Made by a program: the position numbers and the translations under genes
Part shown: one piece after another, positions 47,620 through 56,301 of the stretch
How positions within the stretch are numbered: position 1 is the first letter of the stretch
Layout: the number at the start of each line of letters is the position of its first letter
The notes under the pieces: generated by a model
The model's database searches: none
Seen by the model: the letters and a program-made list of their open reading frames with translations, nothing else
Told to the model about the DNA's origin: nothing
IMG/VR virus record: IMGVR_UViG_3300030061_002141
Location: 1-56,301 of that record
DNA: 56,301 bases
Source: a virus
Lineage: Duplodnaviria > Caudoviricetes
Reading direction: 5' to 3' (one strand)

Positions 47620-48561
47620 TCACGTATTGTTGCTAAAAGTTTTTACTTCTTTAGCAAACCGCTTTAGTGCCGCTTCATCATTAATGTCGATACCAAAAGT
47701 TTGTGCTGTTCTGATATCGTCTTGAGTTAGCTTAACTCTATTACTGTCTGTTCCTTTTTTACGAGAAACTCCAGCTACAGGAGATTGCACTCTGTTGTTT
47801 TTTTGTACTACATTTTTGTCAGTTTGGACAGTGTCTTCTTGACTTTTATTGAAATAAGACAACCCAGATGTTTTTAATCTTTTATCCATCTCAGTATAAT
47901 ATTCTGGATCGTTAACATCCCAACCTTCTTCAGTAAGTTCTGCATCTATGCCATAGGCCATCGCAGTTTCTTTTCTAAAACCAGGTTTATTAAACCATTC
48001 TCGATTATCTTTAACCCAATCTGCTGCTAAAGGTGGAGTTTGTGGTTGTTTTTTTTCAACTTTAGGTACTTCAGAAGATAATTCTTCTGTTTTAGTCATT
48101 TGTCCTCTTATATCAGCCATTTTTTCATACAATTCTACTTGTTTGTCAGTATTACCTTCTTCAATTGCTGATTTAAGTTCTGCAGAAACAGTTGTATAAT
48201 TATTTTTTAAGCTTTTACTAGCAATATCAAAAGTTTTTTTCTCTAAAGTTGCTAATCTTTGCTCTAATTCTACAGCTTTTTGTTCTGCTTCTGCTCTTTT
48301 AGCCACTTCTTTTGCAATTCTTTTACGAACCTTTTCAGAATATGGCATATCATTTGAATATTCAGGTACTTTTTTCTTTTCTTCAAGTTTAATTTCTCTT
48401 TCATTTTCAAATGTCTTATCATTTTCTTTCTCTTTTTCTTGAATTTCAGCTTTTTCAACTAAATCATCAATAGGATTCTTAGGAATCTCTATTTCTTTTT
48501 CAGATTGATCTTCTTCAAGCTTTACTTCTAACTCTTTCTCATTGTTTTTTTCTTCGATCAT
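47620..48561 (-). CDS. Capsid scaffolding protein
   Basis: Acidic coiled coil, N.WF motif, located between portal and capsid. Confidence 0.7.
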   Translation of the reverse strand: MIEEKNNEKELEVKLEEDQSEKEIEIPKNPIDDLVEKAEIQEKEKENDKTFENEREIKLEEKKKVPEYSNDMPYSEKVRKRIAKEVAKRAEAEQKAVELEQRLATLEKKTFDIASKSLKNNYTTVSAELKSAIEEGNTDKQVELYEKMADIRGQMTKTEELSSEVPKVEKKQPQTPPLAADWVKDNREWFNKPGFRKETAMAYGIDAELTEEGWDVNDPEYYTEMDKRLKTSGLSYFNKSQEDTVQTDKNVVQKNNRVQSPVAGVSRKKGTDSNRVKLTQDDIRTAQTFGIDINDEAALKRFAKEVKTFSNNT

Positions 48562-48600
48562 AGTTGTCTCCTATGTTGTCGTTAGGTTTTCTAACGTATA

Positions 48601-48969
48601 TTATAATTGATGAGCTATTACTTCAGGGTTTTCTAATGTAGCAATAACCTCATCGTCATTAATTAACACCATTTTGACATTCTGTACAGAAATTTTAGCA
48701 CCCGCATATCTTCCGAATACGACCCAATCTCCAACTTTACACCAAGGTGCTTTTCTATCGCTATAGCACTCTGGTCCTAAAGCAATAACTTGTCCTACAG
48801 AATTTAAATAACTTTGTTGTTCTTTATTTGTATCAGTTAAATAAATTCCTCCTTTTGTTTTTTCAACAACACCTCTAGGTCTAATTAGAATTCTATAACC
48901 TACTGGTTGTGGTATTTTTTCTGGTGTAGGCACATCATTATCAGTTGCCCATATTTCTTGACTAATCAT
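48601..48969 (-). CDS. groES: GroES-like co-chaperonin
   Basis: P.GYRILIRP...KTKGGI.L...G.V.A.GP...KVGDWV.F.RYAG. Confidence 0.88.
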   Translation of the reverse strand: MISQEIWATDNDVPTPEKIPQPVGYRILIRPRGVVEKTKGGIYLTDTNKEQQSYLNSVGQVIALGPECYSDRKAPWCKVGDWVVFGRYAGAKISVQNVKMVLINDDEVIATLENPEVIAHQL

Positions 48970-49159
48970 CTATATCTCCTTCCTTGTATTTTTGAGTAGT
49001 TTCATCAATTATTTCTAATGCTTTATTTAATCCTTCTGATATTCCTTGTATTTTTTTAAAGTCTTCAATTTTATCTACACTTCTAGACAACAAATTTTTA
49101 CCTAAATCTGTGTCATATTCTTTAATCTTCTTTTTTATTGCTATTACTAATCTTTCCAT
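48962..49159 (-). CDS. Hypothetical head-module protein
   Basis: Coupled ORF between portal and groES. Confidence 0.6.
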   Translation of the reverse strand: MERLVIAIKKKIKEYDTDLGKNLLSRSVDKIEDFKKIQGISEGLNKALEIIDETTQKYKEGDIDD

Positions 49160-49316
49160 TTACTTCTTTCATAATTACATTAAGCAATTTTTCAAAGTTA
49201 ACATTTGCTTTATGAGCAACTTGAGCAAATATTCTTGGCTTAACTGTTTTAATTGATAATTTTTTATTTTCTAAAAACTTTTTAGCTTTTCTAATTTCTT
49301 CAGGTTTAACTGCCAT
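49122..49316 (-). CDS. Hypothetical protein
   Basis: Coupled to the portal stop codon. Confidence 0.55.
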   Translation of the reverse strand: MAVKPEEIRKAKKFLENKKLSIKTVKPRIFAQVAHKANVNFEKLLNVIMKEVNGKISNSNKKED

Positions 49317-51625
49317 TAATCACTGCTTCTTGCAACTCTAGAAGCTGTTTCAACTATCTTAGCTTTAGTTTCAGCATCTTTTCTAGCTTGCGTTCTTTCC
49401 TTATCTTTTACTCCTTCAGCAAATCTAGCTTTTCTTATATTAAGCTCTTCTGCTTTTAATTGTAAACTAGCTTGGTCTTTTGCCATTTCCATTTGTTGTT
49501 TTTGTTGTTCTGGATTTGGTGGCATACTTCCCATTAAACCTTGTGCTGCTTGTGCAGCTGCAACAGCAATTCTATTTTCTTGTTCTACTGAAACTTCAGT
49601 AGTATCTTCATCTCTTAATTCTTTATTAATTTCTCCTGAAGATGTAGGAACACCTTGAGGTACTTGAGCTTGCATTTGTTGTTGATATAAATAAGCCATG
49701 TGTTGGCCTAAGTGAGCCATCATTAATGGATATAAAACTTCTTTAGCTTGTGGATTACCACCAAATCTAGGATCCATCATAAACTGTTGGTGTACTGCAA
49801 TATGAGCTTGATGATCTTGATCTTCAAAAACTTTAATTGGTTTACCATTTAATAAAGCCATATTTTCAGAAACTGGATCTCGTCTAGGTGTTTCTTCATC
49901 TTCAATAATTAAATCTTGATAATCAGGTATATTTAAAGATTGTAAAAATCTTCTGTAAGCTTCTTTAGTATCAATAATATTTGGTGCTTGTTGTGCTAAT
50001 TGTAATCCTGTTTGAGCTAATGCAATTCTTTGAGCTTGAGAAAATATATTAGGATCAGATACAGGTACTACATTAACTGCATCATTAAAATCTTTTCTTC
50101 TAATAGTTTTTCTTTCACCTATAACATCATAAGGATATTCATCATCTAAATATTCTCCATTTAATTCGTATATTAATTTAAATTCTCTACCTTGAGCTTG
50201 ATGTAATCTTTTATGAATTGCAGAAAATACTTTTGAACCTTGTTCTATTAAAGCAATTGTAGTACCTACTGGACCAGAACCTGCAGATTGACCTACCATA
50301 GCATCTGCTATACTTGCAAAACGTCTCCCTGACTCAGTTAAAACACCTAACAATTGAAGTAGTGTAGGCGATGGTTCTTTGAAAGGAAGAGGGATAAAAC
50401 TCTTTCGCAGATCATCACCATATGCTTCGACATCGACCCATTCACCAGGTGAGACTGTAATATCTCCACCTTCTATTCTAGCTCCTTTGGCTTTGAATCC
50501 ACCATTGAGATTAGCAAAGGCAGCTGAATCTAATAAAGCACGAAGTGCTCCTGTACTAGCGTGTTGCAAACCGCCGATCATTTGTATAAGGCCAAAGCCA
50601 TAGAAGCCTAAGCCAGGAAGATATTTATAGTGTATAAAATAAGTTCTTTTTCTTTTTAATGGATCGTCTTCTTTCCAGTTTCTTCTTATTGCTAAAGTTT
50701 GACCTGATTCATAATCTACCGTTACAATATAAGGAAGAGCTAAACCTGATTCATCTTCTCCTAAATCTAAATCTGCATGTATTTCTAATACAGTATGAAT
50801 TTTATCTGACATAGAAGTTGACATACCTTCTAATTTTTGCATTGTTGATTCTACTAAATCAGAAGAGTTTTGACCTCCTTGATTTTGAGTTATTGGAACA
50901 TCTCTATAAAATCCTTCTACTTGTCTTCTTTTAATTTCATTAGTTGTAAGTTTCATTACTTGAGTATATCGTTCTGCAGTTTCTAAATCTGTATTTTCAT
51001 ATGAAATAACAAACTGATCTGCTGGTACAAATTTTGAACAAATTCTATCTAAAGAATTATCAAAATATATTTTCTTAAATGCTGAACCTGCTAAAGCTAA
51101 ATAAAATAACATTTGATCAAGTTCATTAAAATAATCTGTTATTTGATTAGTAACTTGATAATTCATAAAATCTTGAACACGTTGAGCTTGCTCTATTTTT
51201 TTATCAGATTGTTTTCCAACTATTTGTGTTTTAACAGGACCACCTGCTGGAAACATTTCCGCAATAGCTCTTGCTTGAAATTGAGTTGCTGCTTCTGACA
51301 TTAATGGATGATGAACACCTGAAGCTCCCGGGAAAGGATCTTGTCTATCTTCGACAACTACTCCTAACATTTTCAAACCTTTAGAATATTGATCTTCCCA
51401 ATCTTTTCTAGAAGCTTTATCATCTTCGTATGCTTTAATTAAAGATTTACCAATACCTAAAACTTCTTGATTATCTAATTCTTCTGCTAAGTTAGCATAA
51501 TGATTTGATTCAAAAGCTTCTTCTTCTTTTTCTGTTAAATCTTGGTCTACATCTACACGAACCTTTTGTCCGTCTTCATTTGTATATTCTAATTTTTTTT
51601 TATCAAGTTTTACTTCTAATGCCAT
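49316..51625 (-). CDS. Portal protein
   Basis: 769 aa; PFPGASGV.HP, F.HY..LPGLGFYG.GL and VSDPNIFS; position between terL and the head genes. Confidence 0.9.
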   Translation of the reverse strand: MALEVKLDKKKLEYTNEDGQKVRVDVDQDLTEKEEEAFESNHYANLAEELDNQEVLGIGKSLIKAYEDDKASRKDWEDQYSKGLKMLGVVVEDRQDPFPGASGVHHPLMSEAATQFQARAIAEMFPAGGPVKTQIVGKQSDKKIEQAQRVQDFMNYQVTNQITDYFNELDQMLFYLALAGSAFKKIYFDNSLDRICSKFVPADQFVISYENTDLETAERYTQVMKLTTNEIKRRQVEGFYRDVPITQNQGGQNSSDLVESTMQKLEGMSTSMSDKIHTVLEIHADLDLGEDESGLALPYIVTVDYESGQTLAIRRNWKEDDPLKRKRTYFIHYKYLPGLGFYGFGLIQMIGGLQHASTGALRALLDSAAFANLNGGFKAKGARIEGGDITVSPGEWVDVEAYGDDLRKSFIPLPFKEPSPTLLQLLGVLTESGRRFASIADAMVGQSAGSGPVGTTIALIEQGSKVFSAIHKRLHQAQGREFKLIYELNGEYLDDEYPYDVIGERKTIRRKDFNDAVNVVPVSDPNIFSQAQRIALAQTGLQLAQQAPNIIDTKEAYRRFLQSLNIPDYQDLIIEDEETPRRDPVSENMALLNGKPIKVFEDQDHQAHIAVHQQFMMDPRFGGNPQAKEVLYPLMMAHLGQHMAYLYQQQMQAQVPQGVPTSSGEINKELRDEDTTEVSVEQENRIAVAAAQAAQGLMGSMPPNPEQQKQQMEMAKDQASLQLKAEELNIRKARFAEGVKDKERTQARKDAETKAKIVETASRVARSSD

Positions 51626-51915
51626 TAAGCTGTTCTCTTTTTAGGTTTCTTTTTACGACCATCTGCTCTTCTGTTTTTATCTCTTTTACCTTTTAATATA
51701 TCACTATCAACTTTGGCTGCTTTACCGCCTGTTAATGCAGAATTAACTCTAGCCATAGCCCATGCTTGTGGACTTACACCTTTTCTATGACCGCTAGTTC
51801 TGTATGCAGCTAATCCTCTATTATAAATAGCTCTTACTTTACTTGGTGATACACCAGCTTTTTTTGCTTTATTTCTAATTGCAGTTGCAGTGCTTGATCC
51901 TTTTGCTTTAGCCAT
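51625..51915 (-). CDS. Small basic protein
   Basis: IYNRGLAAY.TSG.R......AWAMARVNS; K/R-rich. Confidence 0.65.
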   Translation of the reverse strand: MAKAKGSSTATAIRNKAKKAGVSPSKVRAIYNRGLAAYRTSGHRKGVSPQAWAMARVNSALTGGKAAKVDSDILKGKRDKNRRADGRKKKPKKRTA

Positions 51916-52117
51916 ACATCTCCTTAAATTTTTTGTTATGTTTACTTTTCTTTTTTGATCCTACAAATTTTCCACCTTTTTTATCTCCTGGTAAAACTCC
52001 CGAACCTTTATTATCTTTATTCAATCTTTTTAATGCAGCTTTTCTTTTTGCTCTTAATGCACCTGACGTTCCAGCTAAATATTGTTTTTTAACTTTTTTC
52101 TTATTTGGTTTAGTCAT
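51908..52117 (-). CDS. Small Lys-rich protein
   Basis: Start taken at MTKPNKK after an AAAGGA RBS. Confidence 0.55.
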   Translation of the reverse strand: MTKPNKKKVKKQYLAGTSGALRAKRKAALKRLNKDNKGSGVLPGDKKGGKFVGSKKKSKHNKKFKEMYG

Positions 52118-52139
52118 AGTGTTTTTAAATCCTTTTCTA

Positions 52140-52295
52140 TTAAGCACGTTTTTTCTTTTTACCTGCTTCTGAAAGAGCAATAGCTATTGCTTGTTTTCTA
52201 GATTTAACTTTTTTCTTAGATTTTCCAATAGGTAATTTTCCTTTTTTATATTCTCTCATTACCTTAGCTATTTTCTTTTCTTTTTTAGTTTTCAT
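52140..52295 (-). CDS. Small basic protein, 51 aa, not in ORF track
   Basis: MKTKKEKKIAKVMREYKKGKL...VKSRKQAIAIALSEAGKKKKRA. Confidence 0.65.
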   Translation of the reverse strand: MKTKKEKKIAKVMREYKKGKLPIGKSKKKVKSRKQAIAIALSEAGKKKKRA

Positions 52296-52414
52296 TTAGG
52301 AAATCCCTTTCTCATATTTTTATAAGCTTTTTTAGATATTGTTGATTTAGATTTTGATCTACTTTTACCAGCTTTTCTTCTGGCATTTATATTTGCATAA
52401 AGTCCCTTTTTCAT
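52292..52414 (-). CDS. Small basic protein, 40 aa, not in ORF track
   Basis: MKKGLYANINARKKAGKSRSKSKSTISKKAYKNMRKGFPK; ATGA coupling. Confidence 0.6.
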   Translation of the reverse strand: MKKGLYANINARRKAGKSRSKSKSTISKKAYKNMRKGFPK

Positions 52415-52480
52415 AGTTTCATAATACCTCCTGGTTCATACCATACTTTCCTATAAAGAGATATAAAACAAAAAAGACAA

Positions 52481-52693
52481 TTATTCTAGTATTAATTTTT
52501 TAATACTTTTGCTACCATCAATGTTACTTTCAAGTTCTGCCATTGATTTAATGCATTGGTATTGAACATTATTATTTTTATTGGATCTCATTGCAACTCT
52601 CTTACCTTTTAAACATTGTGACATGGATTCTTGAATTCTATGTTCTTTAATCTCTCCATTTACAATCATAAGTAAAGCTATAATTAATTCCAT
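52481..52693 (-). CDS. Hypothetical protein
   Basis: Coupled ORF; two Cys. Confidence 0.6.
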   Translation of the reverse strand: MELIIALLMIVNGEIKEHRIQESMSQCLKGKRVAMRSNKNNNVQYQCIKSMAELESNIDGSKSIKKLILE

Positions 52694-53073
52694 TAATGTG
52701 CTCCGTTGCCATTTTCTCTTACTTTATCTTTCAAATCTTCAATATCTGCTAATGCTTTATCTAATTGTTCTCTTAAAAACTCAATATTAACTTTATTAGT
52801 CATATTCATTTCTTGAGTTTCTTCCATTTTTTCTACAGTCTTATAAAGATCCTCGATCAAAAAATGTTGTTCTTGATCTGTAGGGACTTGCTCAGATTTT
52901 TTAAGCAAATCATTTTCAAATAATTCTCTAGATGTCTCTAATGATACTAACCTTGCAGTCAGCTCTGTATATGCAAAGACACCAGCTGCAACGACAAAAA
53001 TTAAACTAGCAACTGTCTTCATCGGCATTTGCACTTTGGCTTCCTCTCCGAGGTCTAATGGTCTATCTTTCAT
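52693..53073 (-). CDS. Membrane-anchored coiled-coil protein
   Basis: TM helix VASLIFVVAAGVFAY then coiled coil; start taken at MKDRP. Confidence 0.6.
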   Translation of the reverse strand: MKDRPLDLGEEAKVQMPMKTVASLIFVVAAGVFAYTELTARLVSLETSRELFENDLLKKSEQVPTDQEQHFLIEDLYKTVEKMEETQEMNMTNKVNIEFLREQLDKALADIEDLKDKVRENGNGAH

Positions 53074-53257
53074 CTTTCTTTTTCTGCCTCTTAGGTGTAA
53101 ATAATTTTCCAATTAAATTACTTAATGAATCTATACCTGCAAAAAATTTATAAATTATTTTGTCTAACATTATATTTTTCTCTCCAATAATTTTTTCTTT
53201 CAAGAAGTCTAATCTTGTATTCTAGTTTATCTATTCCTAATAATTTTTTAAATAAAT

Positions 53258-53563
53258 TTAACATTTCCATCTTCTTCTAGCTTGTCTTATTCTAGAATTA
53301 GGATCATTTCTAGTTTTAGCAGAGCTTCTTTTTAATTGTCCTAAACTTCTTGCACAATATGATTTTCTTCTTTTAGCTGCTTTACTACCAGGTTTAACTT
53401 TACCAGTTACAGCCATAGATAATTTAGAACCAGGATTAGCTCGTCTATAAGCTTTTATTCCTGCTCTAGTCATACCCGCACCTTTCTTAGTAGGTCGATA
53501 ATATTTTTTTCTTCTAGGAATATCTCCTGTTCTTTTTCTAGGTCTTATTCTTGTTCTAGCCAT
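53258..53563 (-). CDS. Arg/Lys-rich protein
   Basis: GAGMT.AG..AYRR.NPGSKL...RRKSYCARS...RRWKC. Confidence 0.7.
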   Translation of the reverse strand: MARTRIRPRKRTGDIPRRKKYYRPTKKGAGMTRAGIKAYRRANPGSKLSMAVTGKVKPGSKAAKRRKSYCARSLGQLKRSSAKTRNDPNSRIRQARRRWKC

Positions 53564-54054
53564 TACATTCTAAACGCTGCATGTTGTGCAGACGTAACTC
53601 CTTGACTTGTTGTTGCAGGTGCAGAGTAACCCATATTATCATCATTATCAGAAGCTGCAATACCCGCATCTATATTTAAATCTCTATCTACTATTTTTTT
53701 CTGTTGATTTTTTAATGCACCTCCAGCTATAAAAGGAATAGCCAATGGACCTAAAACAGAAAGAACACCACCTCCTTGAGAAAGTCCATATGCCATTGAT
53801 GCAAAAGTTTTAAAATCTTGTGTTTTTTTAGACATTCCTAATTTATTAGTAACAAAATCATTATATGTTTCAATATTTGAATTTATAATATTATCGGCAG
53901 TTTCAAAAGCTGACATAGTTGGTAATTCAAAATCAAATTGTAATTTTCCTACAGGTTCTTGCATATCTTTAATTTGTCCATCATCACCTTCGAATATAGG
54001 ACAAACTCCATTTACTGACATTCTACCATTAGGACAAATAAATTCTTTTATCAT
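53563..54054 (-). CDS. Hypothetical protein
   Basis: Coupled ORF with a hydrophobic Gly-rich segment. Confidence 0.55.
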   Translation of the reverse strand: MIKEFICPNGRMSVNGVCPIFEGDDGQIKDMQEPVGKLQFDFELPTMSAFETADNIINSNIETYNDFVTNKLGMSKKTQDFKTFASMAYGLSQGGGVLSVLGPLAIPFIAGGALKNQQKKIVDRDLNIDAGIAASDNDDNMGYSAPATTSQGVTSAQHAAFRM

Positions 54055-54206
54055 ATACTTTGTAACCTTGGATCGTTAGATAAAATATTTTTAGAAGCTT
54101 TAGGTCTTGCAATAGATTGCTTACTTCTTTCTCTTAGCTGAGCTCTAGCTGATTCTTTTTTTCTTTGCTCATCTTTAATTTTTTTTAAATCCCATTTAAA
54201 ATTCAT
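54051..54206 (-). CDS. Small basic protein, 51 aa, not in ORF track
   Basis: MNFKWDLKKIKDEQRKKESARAQLRERSKQSIARPKASKNILSNDPRLQSI; ATGA overlaps at both ends. Confidence 0.55.
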   Translation of the reverse strand: MNFKWDLKKIKDEQRKKESARAQLRERSKQSIARPKASKNILSNDPRLQSI

Positions 54207-54337
54207 CTTCCTTGACCTTTGTATCGCATTTGTTTTTTTTGTCTTTTTTCATTTTTGTTTTGTGACTTCTTATGTTTACCAGGCCTTTTCTTTGGCTTTG
54301 GTCTTGGAACAAAATGTACAAACTTTTGTTTGGCCAC
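54203..54337 (-). CDS. Small basic protein, 44 aa, GTG start, not in ORF track
   Basis: MAKQKFVHFVPRPKPKKRPGKHKKSQNKNEKRQKKQMRYKGQGR. Confidence 0.55.
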   Translation of the reverse strand: MAKQKFVHFVPRPKPKKRPGKHKKSQNKNEKRQKKQMRYKGQGR

Positions 54338-54600
54338 TATTTATTTTTCTTAGGCTTTAACTGAATGATCTTAGCTTTTTTCTTTTCTAATAAAGCTTTA
54401 GCTCCAGGATAATCTTTTGCTTTACCTTTATAAAGTAAACCACCTTTGTAAGAATCAGAAACAGATGCATTAGCAGTCATTTCTCTTTCTTTTGATTTTC
54501 CTTCTTCGTAGCCATCGTCATCAAAGTCTTTAGCTGTTCCAACATTTTCAAAGTCAACATCTAAAATTTCTTTTGTAACTTCTTTTCTAGTTTTTTTCAT
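54337..54600 (-). CDS. Hypothetical protein
   Basis: Coupled ORF. Confidence 0.55.
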   Translation of the reverse strand: MKKTRKEVTKEILDVDFENVGTAKDFDDDGYEEGKSKEREMTANASVSDSYKGGLLYKGKAKDYPGAKALLEKKKAKIIQLKPKKNK

Positions 54601-54791
54601 TTTCTTTTTTTCCTTTTACCTTTTTTAATTACACCTCTTGCAATTAAAATATCTTTCTTAGTTACTTTACCGTCTCCAGACATATCTGGAAATTTACCTT
54701 TTTTCTTTTTCTTCTTCTTCATCATTTTACCAGTGATCTTAGAGTTTTGCATTCTGCCAACTCCTGATCCTGCGCCTGCGGTCATTTTCAT
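54597..54791 (-). CDS. Lys-rich protein with EF-hand-like loop
   Basis: FPDMSGDGKVTKKDIL (DxSGDGxVxxxD). Confidence 0.6.
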   Translation of the reverse strand: MKMTAGAGSGVGRMQNSKITGKMMKKKKKKKGKFPDMSGDGKVTKKDILIARGVIKKGKRKKRK

Positions 54792-55036
54792 TAAAATGTC
54801 TCCACTTCTATTTTAATTCCTCTCATCATTTTTGCATGTTGAGCTTTTCTTTCATCATCTATTTTTACAACTTCATCACCAGGATTTTGCATTGCTTTCT
54901 TTAACATTGCAGCGTCTTCGACAGCTCCTGGAAACTTATCATAAAATCTTTTATCAGCAGCTTTAACATCTTCGACACTGAAGCTCTTTACTCCTAGTCT
55001 AGGTTGCTTGCCTGTTCTTTTAAATGGGTTACTCAT
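54791..55036 (-). CDS. Hypothetical protein
   Basis: Coupled ORF. Confidence 0.55.
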   Translation of the reverse strand: MSNPFKRTGKQPRLGVKSFSVEDVKAADKRFYDKFPGAVEDAAMLKKAMQNPGDEVVKIDDERKAQHAKMMRGIKIEVETF

Positions 55037-55388
55037 CTTTTAAGTCCTCCGGTGTACTTAGTTTTTTATTTAATATACCTTGAAATACTGATTGTGTAAA
55101 GGTAGGAAGCATTAATTCACTTATAGGATTTTTAATATGGCCAGTTGACCAAGAAATACAAGGTACTCCCTTCTCGTCCCAGGCGACTAAAGCATATCCT
55201 TTAATATCAACTTTATCGCTAATTTTAATACAAGCATCATGAAAAGCTTGAACTACTTGATCGTCTTGTATTTCAATTTCTTCTTTAGGAGTAGGTTTTC
55301 TAGGTACTAATCTCCACCTATCAAGAGTAATAATGTTTGTCTTTGCGCAATTGTTTTCTTGTTTCATTGTCATCGTCCTCAGGATCAT
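55029..55388 (-). CDS. Hypothetical protein
   Basis: ORF overlapping the 3' end of terL. Confidence 0.55.
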   Translation of the reverse strand: MILRTMTMKQENNCAKTNIITLDRWRLVPRKPTPKEEIEIQDDQVVQAFHDACIKISDKVDIKGYALVAWDEKGVPCISWSTGHIKNPISELMLPTFTQSVFQGILNKKLSTPEDLKDE

Positions 55389-56301
55389 CGGGATGTAATA
55401 CTAAAAATCCATCTCTAATCCTCATTAAAGCTTGCACAATTGTATCATGAACATCATCATGCTTTCCATATGGAAATTGTGCTGATTCTTCTATAACATC
55501 CTTAGTCCACTTTTCGTCCATTGTAAACACTAAACCGCCTTCGAACATTGAAGCTACACTATGGGTTCTAGAAACTTTATCTCGTTCTGGCGTATAAGTA
55601 ACTATCGGAACTCCCGACCTTCTCATATCTTGTATAAGAGATTGACCCGAAGCTCGTTTTTCAATTAATACTTGATCGGGCATCCATTCGTAATAGCTAT
55701 CTTGAGCTCGTTTTCTTAAATCTGGATATTCTAATCTTTCTTTCCAAACATCTAATAAAATGCATGCAGCGTAAGGAACGTTGTTTTCATCTCTCGCTGT
55801 AAAGACGCCCCATGTAGTGCATGCTGAAAAGTCAGCAGAAGATTTTGTACTAAACGCAGTATCATAAGATTGAACAACATAACCTAAAGTTGGAATCTTA
55901 TCTCCTTCATATATATTCCACCAATCTCTTTTAATGATACTTCCTTCTTCATTACTAGGACGTTGTTGGTAAAGAGCTTGCCATACACGTTGACCTACTG
56001 TGTTTTGTATTTTTTCTAAATCAGATTTACTATAAGCTTCAGGCCATAAAGCATTACCTTTATCATCTATAGCTGGAAGGTCTAAAACTTTCCAGTCTTC
56101 TCCAGATTCATTTAAAATATATCCAGCTAAATCATCTTGATGCCATCTAGTTTGAATTACAATAATTTTTCCACCAGGTTGAAGTCTAGTATAAGCAACA
56201 GACTTATACCACTCTAAAAGATTTCTTCTTTGAACTTCTGACTCTGCGTCTTCTCTACCTTTGATCGGGTCATCTATAATTAATAAATGTGCACCTCTAC
56301 C
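55321..56301 (-). CDS. terL: Terminase large subunit (5' part outside the window)
   Basis: Frame read from 56301: GRGAHLLIIDDPIK (Walker B)...TRWHQDDLAG...SYDTAF...IEKRASG...FPYGKHDDVHD; in frame with track ORF 55321-55683. Confidence 0.95.
   Translation of the reverse strand, partial: GRGAHLLIIDDPIKGREDAESEVQRRNLLEWYKSVAYTRLQPGGKIIVIQTRWHQDDLAGYILNESGEDWKVLDLPAIDDKGNALWPEAYSKSDLEKIQNTVGQRVWQALYQQRPSNEEGSIIKRDWWNIYEGDKIPTLGYVVQSYDTAFSTKSSADFSACTTWGVFTARDENNVPYAACILLDVWKERLEYPDLRKRAQDSYYEWMPDQVLIEKRASGQSLIQDMRRSGVPIVTYTPERDKVSRTHSVASMFEGGLVFTMDEKWTKDVIEESAQFPYGKHDDVHDTIVQALMRIRDGFLVLHPDDPEDDDNETRKQLRKDKHYYS

Noticed and set aside
48270-48458. Lys-rich 62-aa ORF inside the scaffold gene
   Set aside because: Alternative-frame artefact of the A-rich coding strand
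2258-52172. Short opposite-strand ORFs in the track (e.g. 2258+, 3948+, 4570+, 5909+, 11972+, 22989+, 45671+, 46070+, 50379+, 36967-)
   Set aside because: Antisense shadows lying over well-supported genes, with no RBS or recognisable motifs
55321-55683. 120-aa ORF as a standalone gene
   Set aside because: It is the C-terminal nuclease part of terL; the same frame encodes terminase motifs at the window edge
1-56301. Prophage or integrative element, alternative genetic code, introns or inteins
   Set aside because: No integrase, repressor or host flanks; core genes are intact and of normal length under the standard code

Overview
This window is nearly the whole genome of an AT-rich (roughly 30% GC by eye) tailed dsDNA phage with a podovirus-type virion module. 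It is probably marine with an alphaproteobacterial (SAR11-like) host, which is an inference from composition and gene content. Almost all genes are on the minus strand. Right to left the order is: large terminase (cut by the right edge), a run of tiny very basic proteins, portal, GroES-like co-chaperonin, scaffold, capsid, neck and tail genes, then an inverted AT-rich island of four 2OG-Fe(II) oxygenases plus a carbamoyltransferase. After that come tail hub and ejection proteins, a lysis cassette, a divergent SNF2 helicase, a replication and nucleotide-modification operon, small early genes, a putative iteron origin, and the small terminase followed by a GATC-rich pac-like array. The most interesting part is the replication operon (8903-18322). 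It holds a T4-like cytosine-modification kit: an Asp-type thymidylate-synthase homolog, dNMP kinase, a T4 beta-glucosyltransferase-like protein, a MazG-like pyrophosphatase and dCMP deaminase. This kit is extended by a UDP-sugar dehydrogenase, NadE and an SDR epimerase/decarboxylase, plus a C5-cytosine methyltransferase homolog with Arg in place of the motif X Asn. Together these suggest an uncharacterised DNA hypermodification. The hexamer CCCGGG also appears strongly enriched through rare synonymous codons. No integrase, RNA polymerase, tRNA or CRISPR array was seen. All protein calls come from reading motifs by eye; no database searches were run.
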